64,000 nt of DNA from a virus: IMG/VR virus record IMGVR_UViG_3300007351_000004, one strand, 5' to 3'. The notes below the pieces were generated by a model, which saw nothing but the letters and a program-made list of their open reading frames with translations, searched no databases and was not told where the DNA came from. The position numbers and the translations under genes are program-made. Positions 38,825 through 48,812 of the stretch are shown piece after piece; the stretch's first letter is position 1, and each line of letters begins with the position of its first letter.

Positions 38825-40285
38825 ATGGACATAAAACAGGCCGAACAGATTTTAATTGGATCCGTCCTCAAGCACGGCAAGCAAGCCGCCGCGCTGGTTA
38901 TTCCCGATCTCGTTCCGTCGAAATTTATTTATGATGAAAAAGGCTTTGGGATTGATCACTCACTAATCTGGGACAAGATCAGCCAGTCATTCTTGCAGAG
39001 CAGGAGCGATCCGACGATTGCGGGGGTCAGTTATCGAGAAGAGTATTTACACCAGCTAGTTACTGATCTGGAAAATAAACACGGTATCTTCAAATTCGAT
39101 CCGAATACTCTCCTGGAATTTGCCGATGTCGTTTATAAATCAGGTACAATTTATCGCACGATTAAAAATGCCGCAGCAGTCTCCAAGTTGGGAACCAGCG
39201 AAGATATCTTTGAGGCGCATGTCTCGTCGGTTTCTTCTTTGAACGAGTGGTTAGCCGATATTATTGAAACCTTTCAGGTTGAGACACAGACCAATGAAGG
39301 CTATAAACATACTTCGGATATTATTCCGTCTGTTATCGACAAATGGGAGCGACAGTATGCCGGAGAGCAGCTTGTGCTCTTGCCTGTTGGACTGCCATCT
39401 TTCCTGTCGTCTCAGTTATTTCCACGCGGACAACTCTCTGTATTACACGGTATGTCCGGCACGGGCAAGTCTTCCTTACTTTTGTTAGTTTTATTGGGCA
39501 CAGCCATAGGGCTGAAATCTAACGGTGTTCAAGGCTGTGTGGCTTTAAATAGTTTGGAGATGGACGAAGAAGAGTTAATTTCTCGCGCCGCGTCTCTGTT
39601 GGCTGGAATTGATTACACAAGATTAATTGGTGGTAAGACTCCCTTAGAGACGTGGGAACTCGAAAAGCTAATCGACTGGACCGAGTTCGTTGGGACACTG
39701 CCTTTGTTCATCGATGACTCGAATCTCCTGACAACCGATGTCCTGAGATATCAAGCCTTGTCCTTACACGCGAGTGAGCACGGTCCTCTTTATCAGCTGG
39801 GAACGGATTACACTGAGCTTTTTACCGATGAAACCGAGAACAAAGAACAGCGCATTGAAAAAGTAGCGCGTAATCACTTCGCCATTGCGAGACTCTTAGA
39901 TTGTTCGGTGCTGATGGTATCGCAGTCTACCTACGGAAACAATCGTGGCAAATATTATATTGCCGGATTGAACGGACTCCGCTGGAGTCGCGGCGCGACA
40001 ATGGCGGCAAACATTATCGTGGAAGTGATTAACTATCCCGCGATGGAATCCAACGGAGTAGATTTCAATACGCCCGAAGAAATGGATCCTTATCACGCCT
40101 GGATTCAGATTCAGAAATATCGGGGTGGACAAACCGGACAATTCCCGTTAAAATGGGAAGGTAACTATACACGTTATTTCGATCCTGAGTTATTCACTAA
40201 AAAGGAAGACAGTCTGGTTTTCGAGCACCTTTTAGAGTTGCCGGAAGCCAAACGGTTAGTAGAAAAGTGGCGTTATGTTCGCTGA
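38825..40285 (+). CDS. DnaB-like replicative helicase
   Basis: LHGMSGTGKS Walker A, SLEM, LFIDD, VLMVSQ, IQKYRGGQTG. Confidence 0.88.
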   Translation: MDIKQAEQILIGSVLKHGKQAAALVIPDLVPSKFIYDEKGFGIDHSLIWDKISQSFLQSRSDPTIAGVSYREEYLHQLVTDLENKHGIFKFDPNTLLEFADVVYKSGTIYRTIKNAAAVSKLGTSEDIFEAHVSSVSSLNEWLADIIETFQVETQTNEGYKHTSDIIPSVIDKWERQYAGEQLVLLPVGLPSFLSSQLFPRGQLSVLHGMSGTGKSSLLLLVLLGTAIGLKSNGVQGCVALNSLEMDEEELISRAASLLAGIDYTRLIGGKTPLETWELEKLIDWTEFVGTLPLFIDDSNLLTTDVLRYQALSLHASEHGPLYQLGTDYTELFTDETENKEQRIEKVARNHFAIARLLDCSVLMVSQSTYGNNRGKYYIAGLNGLRWSRGATMAANIIVEVINYPAMESNGVDFNTPEEMDPYHAWIQIQKYRGGQTGQFPLKWEGNYTRYFDPELFTKKEDSLVFEHLLELPEAKRLVEKWRYVR

Positions 40286-40489
40286 TCCCGCTCCCGAAAT
40301 CTATAACCAGCCGCCTCAATACGCTGTTCCTATAAGTGTGATGGAACGACTCGTGATCCTGCAGAAAGGCATTAATACTGAGAGTTTTGATACTTACGTG
40401 AGCCTGATCTGTCAGGATTTCAGGACCAACCAACTCTATCATTTCTACTTTTCTATTCATGATATGGGCGCGAGTGTGTGGTATAAGGA

Positions 40490-42232
40490 GTGTTGGAATT
40501 GAATCTTAATACGCTGCCTCTGTTCCCAACTGTCTTAGGGTTGGATATCGAGACGGACGGAAAAGATCGTTTTTCGGCTCAGATTACCGCTGTCGGCTTA
40601 TCAGATGGAGAAGATGTCTGGGTATTAACCGAGAGGTTTGAGCGGCTGGCTCCCCTACTTGAAGATCCGTCTGTTATGAAAGTTATTCATTATGCAGATT
40701 TCGATCTCACTGTCTTGTGTTTCAGGATGAAAGTCGATCACCATATCGAAGTTAAGCCTCAGAATATTTATGATACACTTTTAGTTGAGAGAGTGCTGAA
40801 TAACGGCCTGTCCATCTCTAATAAATTAGAAGATGTTCTCGCTCGTAGACTGGGAATTTTAGTTGATAAGTCCTTGCAGGAATCGTTCACGGGAGGGGGG
40901 TTAAGTGAAGATCAACTCCACTATATCGAGAACGACTGCAAACATTTAATTAAACTTCGCGACGAACAGATGAAAGAAGTCAGTCTGTGCGGTATGGAGT
41001 GGGTGGTCGATCTCGAAAACAAAGATGTTCTGGTGACTCTGGACAAGACTTTAACAGGCATCGGCATTGATATCGAACAGTTTGAGGCCATTCGAGCGCA
41101 AATTCCTGCTGTGTTGGATCAGATTCAATCTCAAATCGTAGATATCTTAGGTGAAGACTTTATTATCGAAGTTGAGCGCACCAAAAAGGGCGAGAAATAT
41201 ACCGAAGAAATTCCCGTCAACGAGATTAAGTGGAATGCCTGGCAGCAGTTAAAGCCTGCTTTACATAAAGTTGGCGTCAAAGTTAATAACACACAGCGCG
41301 GTACTCTGGAAGAGCGGCAGGATCAGCACCCCCTTATTCCTCTGGTTTTAGAGTACAAAACGTGGTTCAAGATGTTGGGCTGGCACTGGGACGAATTCAT
41401 TAATCCCATTACAGGTCGAATTCATCCTAACTGGAACCAATTAGGACCAATTACCGCACGATTTTCGTGTTCGGATCCGAACATGCAACAAATTCCGCGA
41501 CCAGACGGTGTGAGGCCAAATTTCAGATCGCTATTTCTGCCCCTCCCAGGTCATAAGTTGTTGGTAGCCGACTGGTCACAACAGGAGCCTCGAATTCTAG
41601 CGCACGTCTCTCAGGACGAGAAGATGATCGCCGCTGCTAATTCAAGTGATATTTACTCTGCCTTCGGTAAAGACGTGTGGGGCGAAGAGATTACCAAAAA
41701 AGATCCGCGCCGCCAGATTATGAAGATCGGAGTGCTCGCCTCTTTCTATGGGGTATGGCACGTTAATCTCGCTTCGCGCATGGGGTTGTCTGAAAAGGAA
41801 GCCGAGAAACTACAAAAGAAAATTTTCAATACCTATCGTAAAGCCAAACAGTGGGGCGATTATCAAATTAAGGGAGTTATGCAACACGGCTATACTCAGT
41901 CGGTCATGGGGCGCAGGATTTACTTTGAGGACACCAGCCCGCGTATGCAGTGGCGTCTCAAGAAAGAATCTCGAAACTACCCCATTCAAACAACCGGTGC
42001 GGATATGGCAAAATTAGCCGAAGTTAAAATTTATGATATAATCCAGAAGAAGAGTTACGACGCTCACTTTATCATTGGGTTACATGACGAATTAGTTCTA
42101 TCCTGTCACGAATCACAGGCTCAAGATTGTTTTGCCGATATGAAACAGGCCATGATGGAAGCGGGGTCTGAGATCTGTCCGTCCGTACAGTTTCCGGTCG
42201 AAGGGGTGGTATCTGATAAATGGGAACACTAA
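40490..42232 (+). CDS. polA: DNA polymerase family A with 3'-5' exonuclease
   Basis: DIETDG, TARFSCSDPNMQQIP, ADWSQQEPR, RQIMKIGVLASFYG, NYPIQTTGAD, LHDEL. Confidence 0.93.
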   Translation: MLELNLNTLPLFPTVLGLDIETDGKDRFSAQITAVGLSDGEDVWVLTERFERLAPLLEDPSVMKVIHYADFDLTVLCFRMKVDHHIEVKPQNIYDTLLVERVLNNGLSISNKLEDVLARRLGILVDKSLQESFTGGGLSEDQLHYIENDCKHLIKLRDEQMKEVSLCGMEWVVDLENKDVLVTLDKTLTGIGIDIEQFEAIRAQIPAVLDQIQSQIVDILGEDFIIEVERTKKGEKYTEEIPVNEIKWNAWQQLKPALHKVGVKVNNTQRGTLEERQDQHPLIPLVLEYKTWFKMLGWHWDEFINPITGRIHPNWNQLGPITARFSCSDPNMQQIPRPDGVRPNFRSLFLPLPGHKLLVADWSQQEPRILAHVSQDEKMIAAANSSDIYSAFGKDVWGEEITKKDPRRQIMKIGVLASFYGVWHVNLASRMGLSEKEAEKLQKKIFNTYRKAKQWGDYQIKGVMQHGYTQSVMGRRIYFEDTSPRMQWRLKKESRNYPIQTTGADMAKLAEVKIYDIIQKKSYDAHFIIGLHDELVLSCHESQAQDCFADMKQAMMEAGSEICPSVQFPVEGVVSDKWEH

Positions 42233-43017
42233 CTGTTCAGTCTGAAAATCTGGGGCAACTCACGGGTGAGGCAATTGTCCATAAAGCTTTGGAAGAAGTC
42301 AAAAAATATCAATCTCAAGAAGACGTAGATGAAAGATTTTCGCTGTTAAATAATGCTGCACAGATGAGCGATGCTCTCTCCGAAGGCTTTAAATTAGTGA
42401 GGGCAACAGCTTTGTGTATGATTGAGGATATCTGGGATCATCTTGGGTTTGAAGTGCGTAAAAGTTATGATTACCAGTTTCGTCTTTATGCGGAAAAGAG
42501 ATGTCCTGATCTGACCTGGACCACCATTCAAAATCACATGCGAGCGGCAAGGACATTTGTATTGGGAAATGTCAAGCCGCCCGTTGTCGAAGGTAAAATT
42601 ATTGAGTTTAACCCTCTGGAAACACCTATTTCTAAACTCGTTTTGGCGAGATCGGTAGCCGAATCTGGGCAGATCAACGACAACCCCAAAATCTGGGAGA
42701 TACTGACCGATCCCGCTTCGGACGTATCCGAACTCAGGAAAGAGTTATTCTCTGAGACAAGTAAAAAGGCAGGCATCGATCCTGAGATTCATTACGAAGT
42801 GGTTGGTCCCTATCTGATTGCCAAAAATAACGGGGATGAAGTTATTCTGGCTGAGTTTAACTGGGAGCCTTATTACGATAAGAATGAAATTGCGGTTAGA
42901 GCGGTAGATCGGCTGATGAAGTTTCTCGGTGTGACATTGGATGAAGAGATTATTTATCGTCAGATGAAAGAGAAGTTTGACGCTCGCCAGAAAGCAGAAG
43001 AAAGACGGATCTCGTGA
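42220..43017 (+). CDS. Hypothetical protein
   Basis: 265-aa ORF coupled to polA. Confidence 0.65.
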   Translation: MGTLTVQSENLGQLTGEAIVHKALEEVKKYQSQEDVDERFSLLNNAAQMSDALSEGFKLVRATALCMIEDIWDHLGFEVRKSYDYQFRLYAEKRCPDLTWTTIQNHMRAARTFVLGNVKPPVVEGKIIEFNPLETPISKLVLARSVAESGQINDNPKIWEILTDPASDVSELRKELFSETSKKAGIDPEIHYEVVGPYLIAKNNGDEVILAEFNWEPYYDKNEIAVRAVDRLMKFLGVTLDEEIIYRQMKEKFDARQKAEERRIS

Positions 43018-43586
43018 AGCCCAAAACGAACAGAAAAGGTGACATTTCTAAGTCGCATAAGATGGATCGGTGTCAGACACCGCCTTATGCTCTAAATCCG
43101 CTGCGTCCCTTTTTATCTAGATTTTCTCATGTGTGGGAGTCAGCGGCAGGTGAGGGGTATCTGGTTAGAGCGCTCGAAAAAGACTGCTTTAGGGTAACAG
43201 CGACCGATCTCCTGACAGGCGATAATTTCTTCACGATGTCAGTGCCGAAGGGGTGCGAAATCCAGATCACCAACCCGCCCTTCTCCGCGAAATACGACTG
43301 GTTGAGACGAAGTTACGAGTTGGAATTTCCGTTTGCTTTACTACTTCCTATCGAGGTATTGGGTGCTGCCGCTGGACAGAACTTAATTCGGGAATATGGT
43401 GCAGAGATTATCTTTTACGATCAGAGGGTGGATTTCAAAATGCCCGAAAAGGGGTGGAACGGGGGCGGTGCGCAGTTTCCTACTATGTGGCTGACCTGGG
43501 GGTTGAATATCGGGCAGCAGATGACGTTCGCTCGACTCAATAAACCCGGCAAAGCCGAGAGAGATAAGTTTCATGAAAATACGTGA
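43014..43586 (+). CDS. Small phage N6-adenine DNA methyltransferase
   Basis: QTPPY, WESAAGEG, ITNPPFS, FALLLP. Confidence 0.8.
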   Translation: MKPKTNRKGDISKSHKMDRCQTPPYALNPLRPFLSRFSHVWESAAGEGYLVRALEKDCFRVTATDLLTGDNFFTMSVPKGCEIQITNPPFSAKYDWLRRSYELEFPFALLLPIEVLGAAAGQNLIREYGAEIIFYDQRVDFKMPEKGWNGGGAQFPTMWLTWGLNIGQQMTFARLNKPGKAERDKFHENT

Positions 43587-43899
43587 TGTGAGCATGGTTG
43601 AAGAGTTTTATGATGATTATACTGAAGCACCTAATCACGTCAAGAAACGAGTAGACAACAAGATCCGAATCATGGGCGAAGCCATTCAGACGAACGGTTG
43701 GTGTCATTTGCCCAATTCTTTTAATGCCCATAAAGTCGATAACGTGCCTGATTTGTGGATCGGCTATATTACAGTGGGCAATCAGGGCTGGCGGGTGTTG
43801 TTCGATGTAGACGTTAAAGGCACCCTCCGTTTTTTGCATCTGCTGTCTCACGACAATATGGATTTTTTGTTAAGACAACTTCAACGCTGGGAGACTTGA
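43573..43899 (+). CDS. RelE/ParE-fold toxin-like protein
   Basis: EEFYDDY...VKKRVDNKI...HKV...LW...WRVLF...LHLLSHD pattern, 108 aa. Confidence 0.6.
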   Translation: MKIRDVSMVEEFYDDYTEAPNHVKKRVDNKIRIMGEAIQTNGWCHLPNSFNAHKVDNVPDLWIGYITVGNQGWRVLFDVDVKGTLRFLHLLSHDNMDFLLRQLQRWET

Positions 43900-43946
43900 C
43901 ACTGCGAATCTTTCCTGATATAATGATGTTAGAAAGGAAGGATGAG

Positions 43947-44804
43947 ATGCTAACCCTATACGAGCGGAATGTAGTCGAAGAAATTTTGAATACTTTGTTG
44001 GAGAACCTGTCTCCGCTGTCGCGTGAATCCTACCGCGCTTCGATTGTCAGTTTCTTGCGGTTTTCGATTGCGCGTAAGCAGGCCAACCCGTTTCAGTCGC
44101 CCGTGTCAGTTTTCACGGCGTATAAGATGGAACTCAAGAAAGAGTATGCTCCCGCAACCGTCAATAAGAAACTGTCGGCGGTGCGTGAGTTTTTCCGTTA
44201 CGCCTACATTCACGAGTTGATCACGCACGAGATGTATGAAGGTATCCGTCTCGTCTCGAATGTCCGCCAGTCGGGTGAGACGTGGCGTGAGTGGTTGGAC
44301 GAAGATGAAGCCCATGCCTTACTGGAAAAAGCCGATTTGCTGAGAGACAAGGTTGCAATTGTCTTGATGATGATCGTTGGTTTGCGACGAGAAGAGGCGG
44401 TATCAGTTAAGTGGGAACAACTCATTCAGCAAGACGGGGTGTGGTTGTTGGCAAATGTCGTTGGCAAGGGCAATAAGATCCGCCACCCCGAAATTCCAGA
44501 TCGTTATGTTCCGCTGTTTCAGTTGTGGCGCGAAGACAACTACAAGGATTACATTCTGGTGTCGATTGACCGGCACGGTAATCTGGGAGATAGGCTGAAC
44601 AAGACCTCGCTCAATAAGATTATGAAGAAATACGATGTGCGACCGCACGATCTTCGCCGCACTTCGGCTAAGTTGGCAGATGAAGGTGGTGCTCCTATTC
44701 GCGCTATTCAGAAGCAGTTAGGACATTCGTCGGTCAAGACGACCGAGATTTATATGGAGCCTATGCGTGTAGGCGAGAGCGCAGTACACTACATTAAGAT
44801 ATAA
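43947..44804 (+). CDS. Tyrosine recombinase/integrase (XerC/D-like)
   Basis: Full R-K-H-R-H-Y set: GLRREE, GKGNK, HDLRR, LGHSS, TEIY; probable start ATG 43947. Confidence 0.93.
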   Translation: MLTLYERNVVEEILNTLLENLSPLSRESYRASIVSFLRFSIARKQANPFQSPVSVFTAYKMELKKEYAPATVNKKLSAVREFFRYAYIHELITHEMYEGIRLVSNVRQSGETWREWLDEDEAHALLEKADLLRDKVAIVLMMIVGLRREEAVSVKWEQLIQQDGVWLLANVVGKGNKIRHPEIPDRYVPLFQLWREDNYKDYILVSIDRHGNLGDRLNKTSLNKIMKKYDVRPHDLRRTSAKLADEGGAPIRAIQKQLGHSSVKTTEIYMEPMRVGESAVHYIKI

Positions 44805-44838
44805 GGCGCGACAAGCGCCCTGTCCTGGGAGGGGAGAG
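44805..44838 (+). repeat. Intergenic hairpin+RBS repeat, copy 1
   Basis: GGCGCGACAAGCGCCCTGTCCTGGGAGGGGAGAG-ATG right after recombinase stop. Confidence 0.85.
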
Positions 44839-45069
44839 ATGCGCGTAAAATATCCACAAGACGATTGGCGGTGGTATGACCCCTGGAACGAAGAGTGGTT
44901 TTGCAGTCATGAGTGCGCCATGTCGTATAGCTACGTAGAAGACCATGAACTGCGCCGAGTGTACCGAGACAACTTCACGCTGGCAGACCGACGCATCATG
45001 AAGACGTGTCGCTGTGGTGTACGCTTTGAGGTATCGGAACAAGACACCCGTGAGGTTGAGTACGACTAG
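44839..45069 (+). CDS. Small Cys-containing hypothetical protein
   Basis: FCSHEC, CRCG; bounded by repeats. Confidence 0.65.
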   Translation: MRVKYPQDDWRWYDPWNEEWFCSHECAMSYSYVEDHELRRVYRDNFTLADRRIMKTCRCGVRFEVSEQDTREVEYD

Positions 45070-45070
45070 C

Positions 45071-45108
45071 AGGCGCGACAAGCGCCCTACCCTGAGAGGG
45101 AATGAACA
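45071..45108 (+). repeat. Intergenic hairpin+RBS repeat, copy 2
   Basis: AGGCGCGACAAGCGCCCTACCCTGAGAGGGAATGAACA-ATG. Confidence 0.85.
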
Positions 45109-45315
45109 ATGGACGAATATGTATATACGGCACAGCGCGCGGTAGTCTATCGCAATGCGCCTGATCTTGAGACGGTTCGGGAGTTCTTGGAAGAGTGCGC
45201 TCAAGATGGAGAAATTGTACATTTCCAAATTCTGCCCGTGCCTCATATACGCGGATACGACTACGACGTTGTCGTAGTCATCAACGAAGAAAAGCGTGTA
45301 CCCAAAGGTCTATAG
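45109..45315 (+). CDS. Small hypothetical protein
   Basis: Bounded by repeats. Confidence 0.65.
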   Translation: MDEYVYTAQRAVVYRNAPDLETVREFLEECAQDGEIVHFQILPVPHIRGYDYDVVVVINEEKRVPKGL

Positions 45316-45316
45316 C

Positions 45317-45356
45317 GGGCGCGCACAGCGCCCTACCCTGAAGGAGGGGATGAACG
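45317..45356 (+). repeat. Intergenic hairpin+RBS repeat, copy 3
   Basis: GGGCGCGCACAGCGCCCTACCCTGAAGGAGGGGATGAACG-ATG. Confidence 0.85.
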
Positions 45357-45641
45357 ATGAGTATGTACCAGTACACTAGCAAAGGCTACAAGTTCGTTGA
45401 ATACGACGCCGACGACATTCCAGAACTGTGGATTGTCGTAGAGCATGGCGAAGAGCCACCAGAAGACATTGACCCCGATATGGATTGGCTGTTCGACAAC
45501 TTCATTGAGGCGGTCGAATGCGCAAATGACGAAGCATTGGGCAAGTCTCGCGCCTTCGATGTGTGGATGATGTCACCGGGCCAGTATTGCGCCGCGACGT
45601 TCTTCCCGTCCGTATCCCAGGAGGCCCCCGACCATGACTGA
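45357..45641 (+). CDS. Small acidic hypothetical protein
   Basis: Follows repeat copy 3. Confidence 0.65.
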   Translation: MSMYQYTSKGYKFVEYDADDIPELWIVVEHGEEPPEDIDPDMDWLFDNFIEAVECANDEALGKSRAFDVWMMSPGQYCAATFFPSVSQEAPDHD

Positions 45642-45975
45642 CACCGACTGGACCAACGACGCGCCAGAGGACATCGGTAAGGCGATGGCTGATAAACACC
45701 TGCGGATTATCAAGAAGACAGCAGCGGCAAAGAGACTAAAACCACCCAAGAACTTCAGAGACACTCTTCCTCGTTGCTGCCATACGTGTAAGTGTGCCAG
45801 GGTAGATGAGGGAGAACGCTGGGCTGTCTTTTGTATCAGAGAGCCAGGGAAGCCCCTGAGTTTTGATACGCTAGAGGACCTGTGGACGGTAGTTTGTGAC
45901 TACTATACGCTTTCTCCTACGGGAGAACACCCACTATCTGGCAAATTCAAGGAGGCCCCCGATGACACTGACTGA
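45634..45975 (+). CDS. Hypothetical Cys-cluster protein
   Basis: CCHTCKC...FC...VCD; AGGAGG RBS. Confidence 0.6.
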   Translation: MTDTDWTNDAPEDIGKAMADKHLRIIKKTAAAKRLKPPKNFRDTLPRCCHTCKCARVDEGERWAVFCIREPGKPLSFDTLEDLWTVVCDYYTLSPTGEHPLSGKFKEAPDDTD

Positions 45976-47515
45976 CGACCGACCGCTGACCCCGGACGCC
46001 CTGCGCGACATCGAGGCGCGGGCGGAGGCAAACTACCGGATACTCGCGCCAGATGTACAGTCTGTGCCGGATACCACATGGTATGTGGCACAGGACAACT
46101 ACCCGACGAATCCGCTTATCCTGGCCGCACCAGACGCGGGATGGGCACGCGGGATGGTGGACGAACTCACGCGCCGGGACAATGACGCCCGCCTGCTGCT
46201 GGCGCACATCCGCGCGCAGGACGCGGAACTGGCGCGGCTGCGGGAGGAAATCGACCCCACCTGTCTCCGTAATGGGTGTATACGAACGGGGGCGAGGGAA
46301 TACCGTGACGCTGAGGAACACTATAGGGATGATGACGAGGAAGACACCCCCTAGCCCAGCGCCCGCTCGATTAGATAAAAGTAAACGGGAGAAGACAGTT
46401 AATGAGGACTTTTAAAATTGATAGGTTAACAGACGGGGAAATTGAATCTCTCCTGCAGGAATATAAAGTGAGATACGAAAAAGAGGTTGACAACATTCTC
46501 GAAACGCGCTCTCCCAACGATTATGTGTTGGATGAGATTTATCAGATCATTTGCGTGTTATCTGAGATTCAAGATACACGAGCAGCACTCAGAAAAATCG
46601 CTTATCGTTTTTATTTGACAGATCCAGTTGATACGGTTACTATTTTACGAGATACTGCTGTAGAGGCTTTAGAAGATGAATGATATTGATGATATAGCGT
46701 ATCTTGTTTATGATTTGCTAAGTTGTGATGAGAGCTTGAGTTGGACTATAGGTGATTTATATTGGGCATTAAGTGCAACAGAACCTGACAAGGATATTAC
46801 ACTGAATGAAGTTAGATATGCTGTATGGTATTTGATTGACGAAGTAAAAGCCGATTTAACATCAGATAGAAGGGTTATATTTCACAATGATAGCATTTAA
46901 GTGGGGCCAATTCACGATTAGGGTGAACATTTTACTTCTATTGTCTATTCCACTTATGTTATTTGGTCAGTATGAGATAGCAATCTGGTTAGTGTTGTGT
47001 GGTATATACGGAGTGTTGGCGCAATGAAACCTAAGCGAGGCGTGTTTTCTTTACGGGGTTGGTTGTACTGGCAATTGCGCGTGTTGCCAGATAAAGATGA
47101 TGTTAAAGATGTGTTTAAGTCACTTTTAGATTTTTTGGATGAGATGACATCTGATACAGAATCGAGTATAGGAATTAGTTCTATACTGTTTGGTATTTGT
47201 TTTATGGTTGTTTCTCTAACCCCGATAGTTGTTGGAGAAGTATTATCTATATCAGTAGATGATTACGCGGGATATATAATTTTACTCTCTCTTCTGTTAT
47301 CTTTTTTAAGTATTTCTCTCATGCACTATCTTTTGTATGTATATAAAGCAGAACTCAAGGAGAAAAATGATGAAACCCAATCGCGGTGATGTGGTCTATA
47401 TCGTAGATCGAAACGGAAAGAAGACTCACAATAAAACCCATGTAATGCACGTGTGGGAAAATTACGACGACTGCTGGCATATTCATGATGAGTTTGTCGT
47501 GCCCATGAAAGTTAG

Positions 47516-47875
47516 ATGGGACGGCGAAAGTTGGATACAGTGTATAGAAAGGCCAAGCGAGACAAAAACGAAAAGCGACTCGTGGATTTTTTAAGACGAT
47601 GCGGAGCATCAATAGCCTATCTGGACGATCCTGGTGTACCGGATCTTCTGGTGGGCTATTGTGGTTTAAATCTGTTATTAGAAGTCAAAGGGCAGAAAGG
47701 TAGACTTACCAGTGCTCAAAAGTCTTTTATACAGAATTGGGGGGGCACCGTTTATGTGGTCAGAACCATCCGAGATGTCAAATTTGCCCTTAGATCCGAG
47801 CGCCTACGGCATGACGGATGTTTACACCTGGCGGCAGTATCTCAAAAAGGAACTACTCAAGAAGCGGGGGTATAA
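47516..47875 (+). CDS. VRR-NUC / PD-(D/E)xK nuclease (Holliday junction resolvase-like)
   Basis: KRDKNE...GVPDLLVG...LLEVK...LTSAQ..F..W. Confidence 0.8.
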   Translation: MGRRKLDTVYRKAKRDKNEKRLVDFLRRCGASIAYLDDPGVPDLLVGYCGLNLLLEVKGQKGRLTSAQKSFIQNWGGTVYVVRTIRDVKFALRSERLRHDGCLHLAAVSQKGTTQEAGV

Positions 47876-48140
47876 GTCAGACTGGTCGGGCGAGAAACTT
47901 AAAGGGTGTCACATGCACGAGGGTATTCTGACTCGTGCTAATGTCCCTAAAAGTATCTCGTGGCATATTCTGATCTATCACGAATATAACTGCTTTCTTC
48001 TTTCGGTAGACGAGCACATTCCTCAAGCTCCGTCGAGAGCGTGGTGTATCGAGAAATCCTACGAACTCTATGGCAGAGACAAAGTAAGATTCTGGTACTA
48101 TCACTTACCTTTCAAGGTATTTCCGTTTCAACTCCCTTGA
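47811..48140 (+). CDS. Possible HNH-like protein
   Basis: CHMHE...YHEYNCFLL...EH; start at ATG 47811. Confidence 0.45.
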   Translation: MTDVYTWRQYLKKELLKKRGYKSDWSGEKLKGCHMHEGILTRANVPKSISWHILIYHEYNCFLLSVDEHIPQAPSRAWCIEKSYELYGRDKVRFWYYHLPFKVFPFQLP

Positions 48141-48165
48141 CAAACATTAAATCCCATGTTACACT
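48137..48165 (+). promoter_or_regulatory. Sigma70 promoter
   Basis: TTGACA-17-TACACT, then AAGGAG RBS. Confidence 0.65.
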
Positions 48166-48185
48166 TTACTCAAAGGAGAGTGTAC

Positions 48186-48419
48186 ATGGGATTCTGGAAT
48201 TTTCCTCGAAGCTCCAAGTTAGATATCTTAGACGACCGCAGACACGTTCACATTTACCTGTCTGCTTTTCGTGATCCAGAGACTCAGATTGAAGCAGTAG
48301 ACCGCGAATCATATTGTCTTTACGGGTTGGACGAAGCTCTGTTAGCTGAGCCGCGTCATCCCTTCTTGAAGTTGGCTTTTGCTATTTATTGTATGGTTTA
48401 TGCTTGCTTTAAAGTTTAA
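48186..48419 (+). CDS. Hypothetical protein, last rightward gene
   Basis: Own promoter/RBS; stop overlaps the stop of the convergent tail gene. Confidence 0.6.
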   Translation: MGFWNFPRSSKLDILDDRRHVHIYLSAFRDPETQIEAVDRESYCLYGLDEALLAEPRHPFLKLAFAIYCMVYACFKV

Positions 48420-48811
48420 ATCATACCCGCTATACCGTACCAGTCAAATCCGTCGCAGATGATTAGCATTTTATTGAACTGTGTTGTGGCTGTTTTAGTG
48501 AGAGATCCGTTGATTAATTCTGTTCCGTCTCCATCAATTGTAACGGTGTTTGCTGATGCGTCTATTTTGACGAATCCCAATATACGACCTGGATCGTTGG
48601 CAGCGGCGGGTAAATTTATGGTAATGTTTCCGCCAGATGCGTCGGCTAAAATAATTGTTTCTCGTTCGGGAGAGTAAGGCGAATCGGCGGAAGTGATAGA
48701 CACAAATCTCCAATAAACTAAAGGCTCTTGCGCCTCCAGATTATTAACGCGACTATCTAGATCGCGGAATTGAGAAACAAAATCTCGATAGACTCTACGA
48801 AGATCTTCCAT
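48416..48811 (-). CDS. Minor tail / fibre-associated protein
   Basis: DASGGNITINLPAA...KIDASANTVTIDG beta-rich motif typical of tail fibre modules. Confidence 0.6.
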   Translation of the reverse strand: MEDLRRVYRDFVSQFRDLDSRVNNLEAQEPLVYWRFVSITSADSPYSPERETIILADASGGNITINLPAAANDPGRILGFVKIDASANTVTIDGDGTELINGSLTKTATTQFNKMLIICDGFDWYGIAGMI

Positions 48812-48812
48812 A

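Noticed and set aside
44805-45356. CRISPR array or classical integron
   Set aside because: Intervals are 230-270-bp ORFs; no GTTRRRY/RYYYAAC attC cores; the recombinase is short with no recognisable IntI insertion
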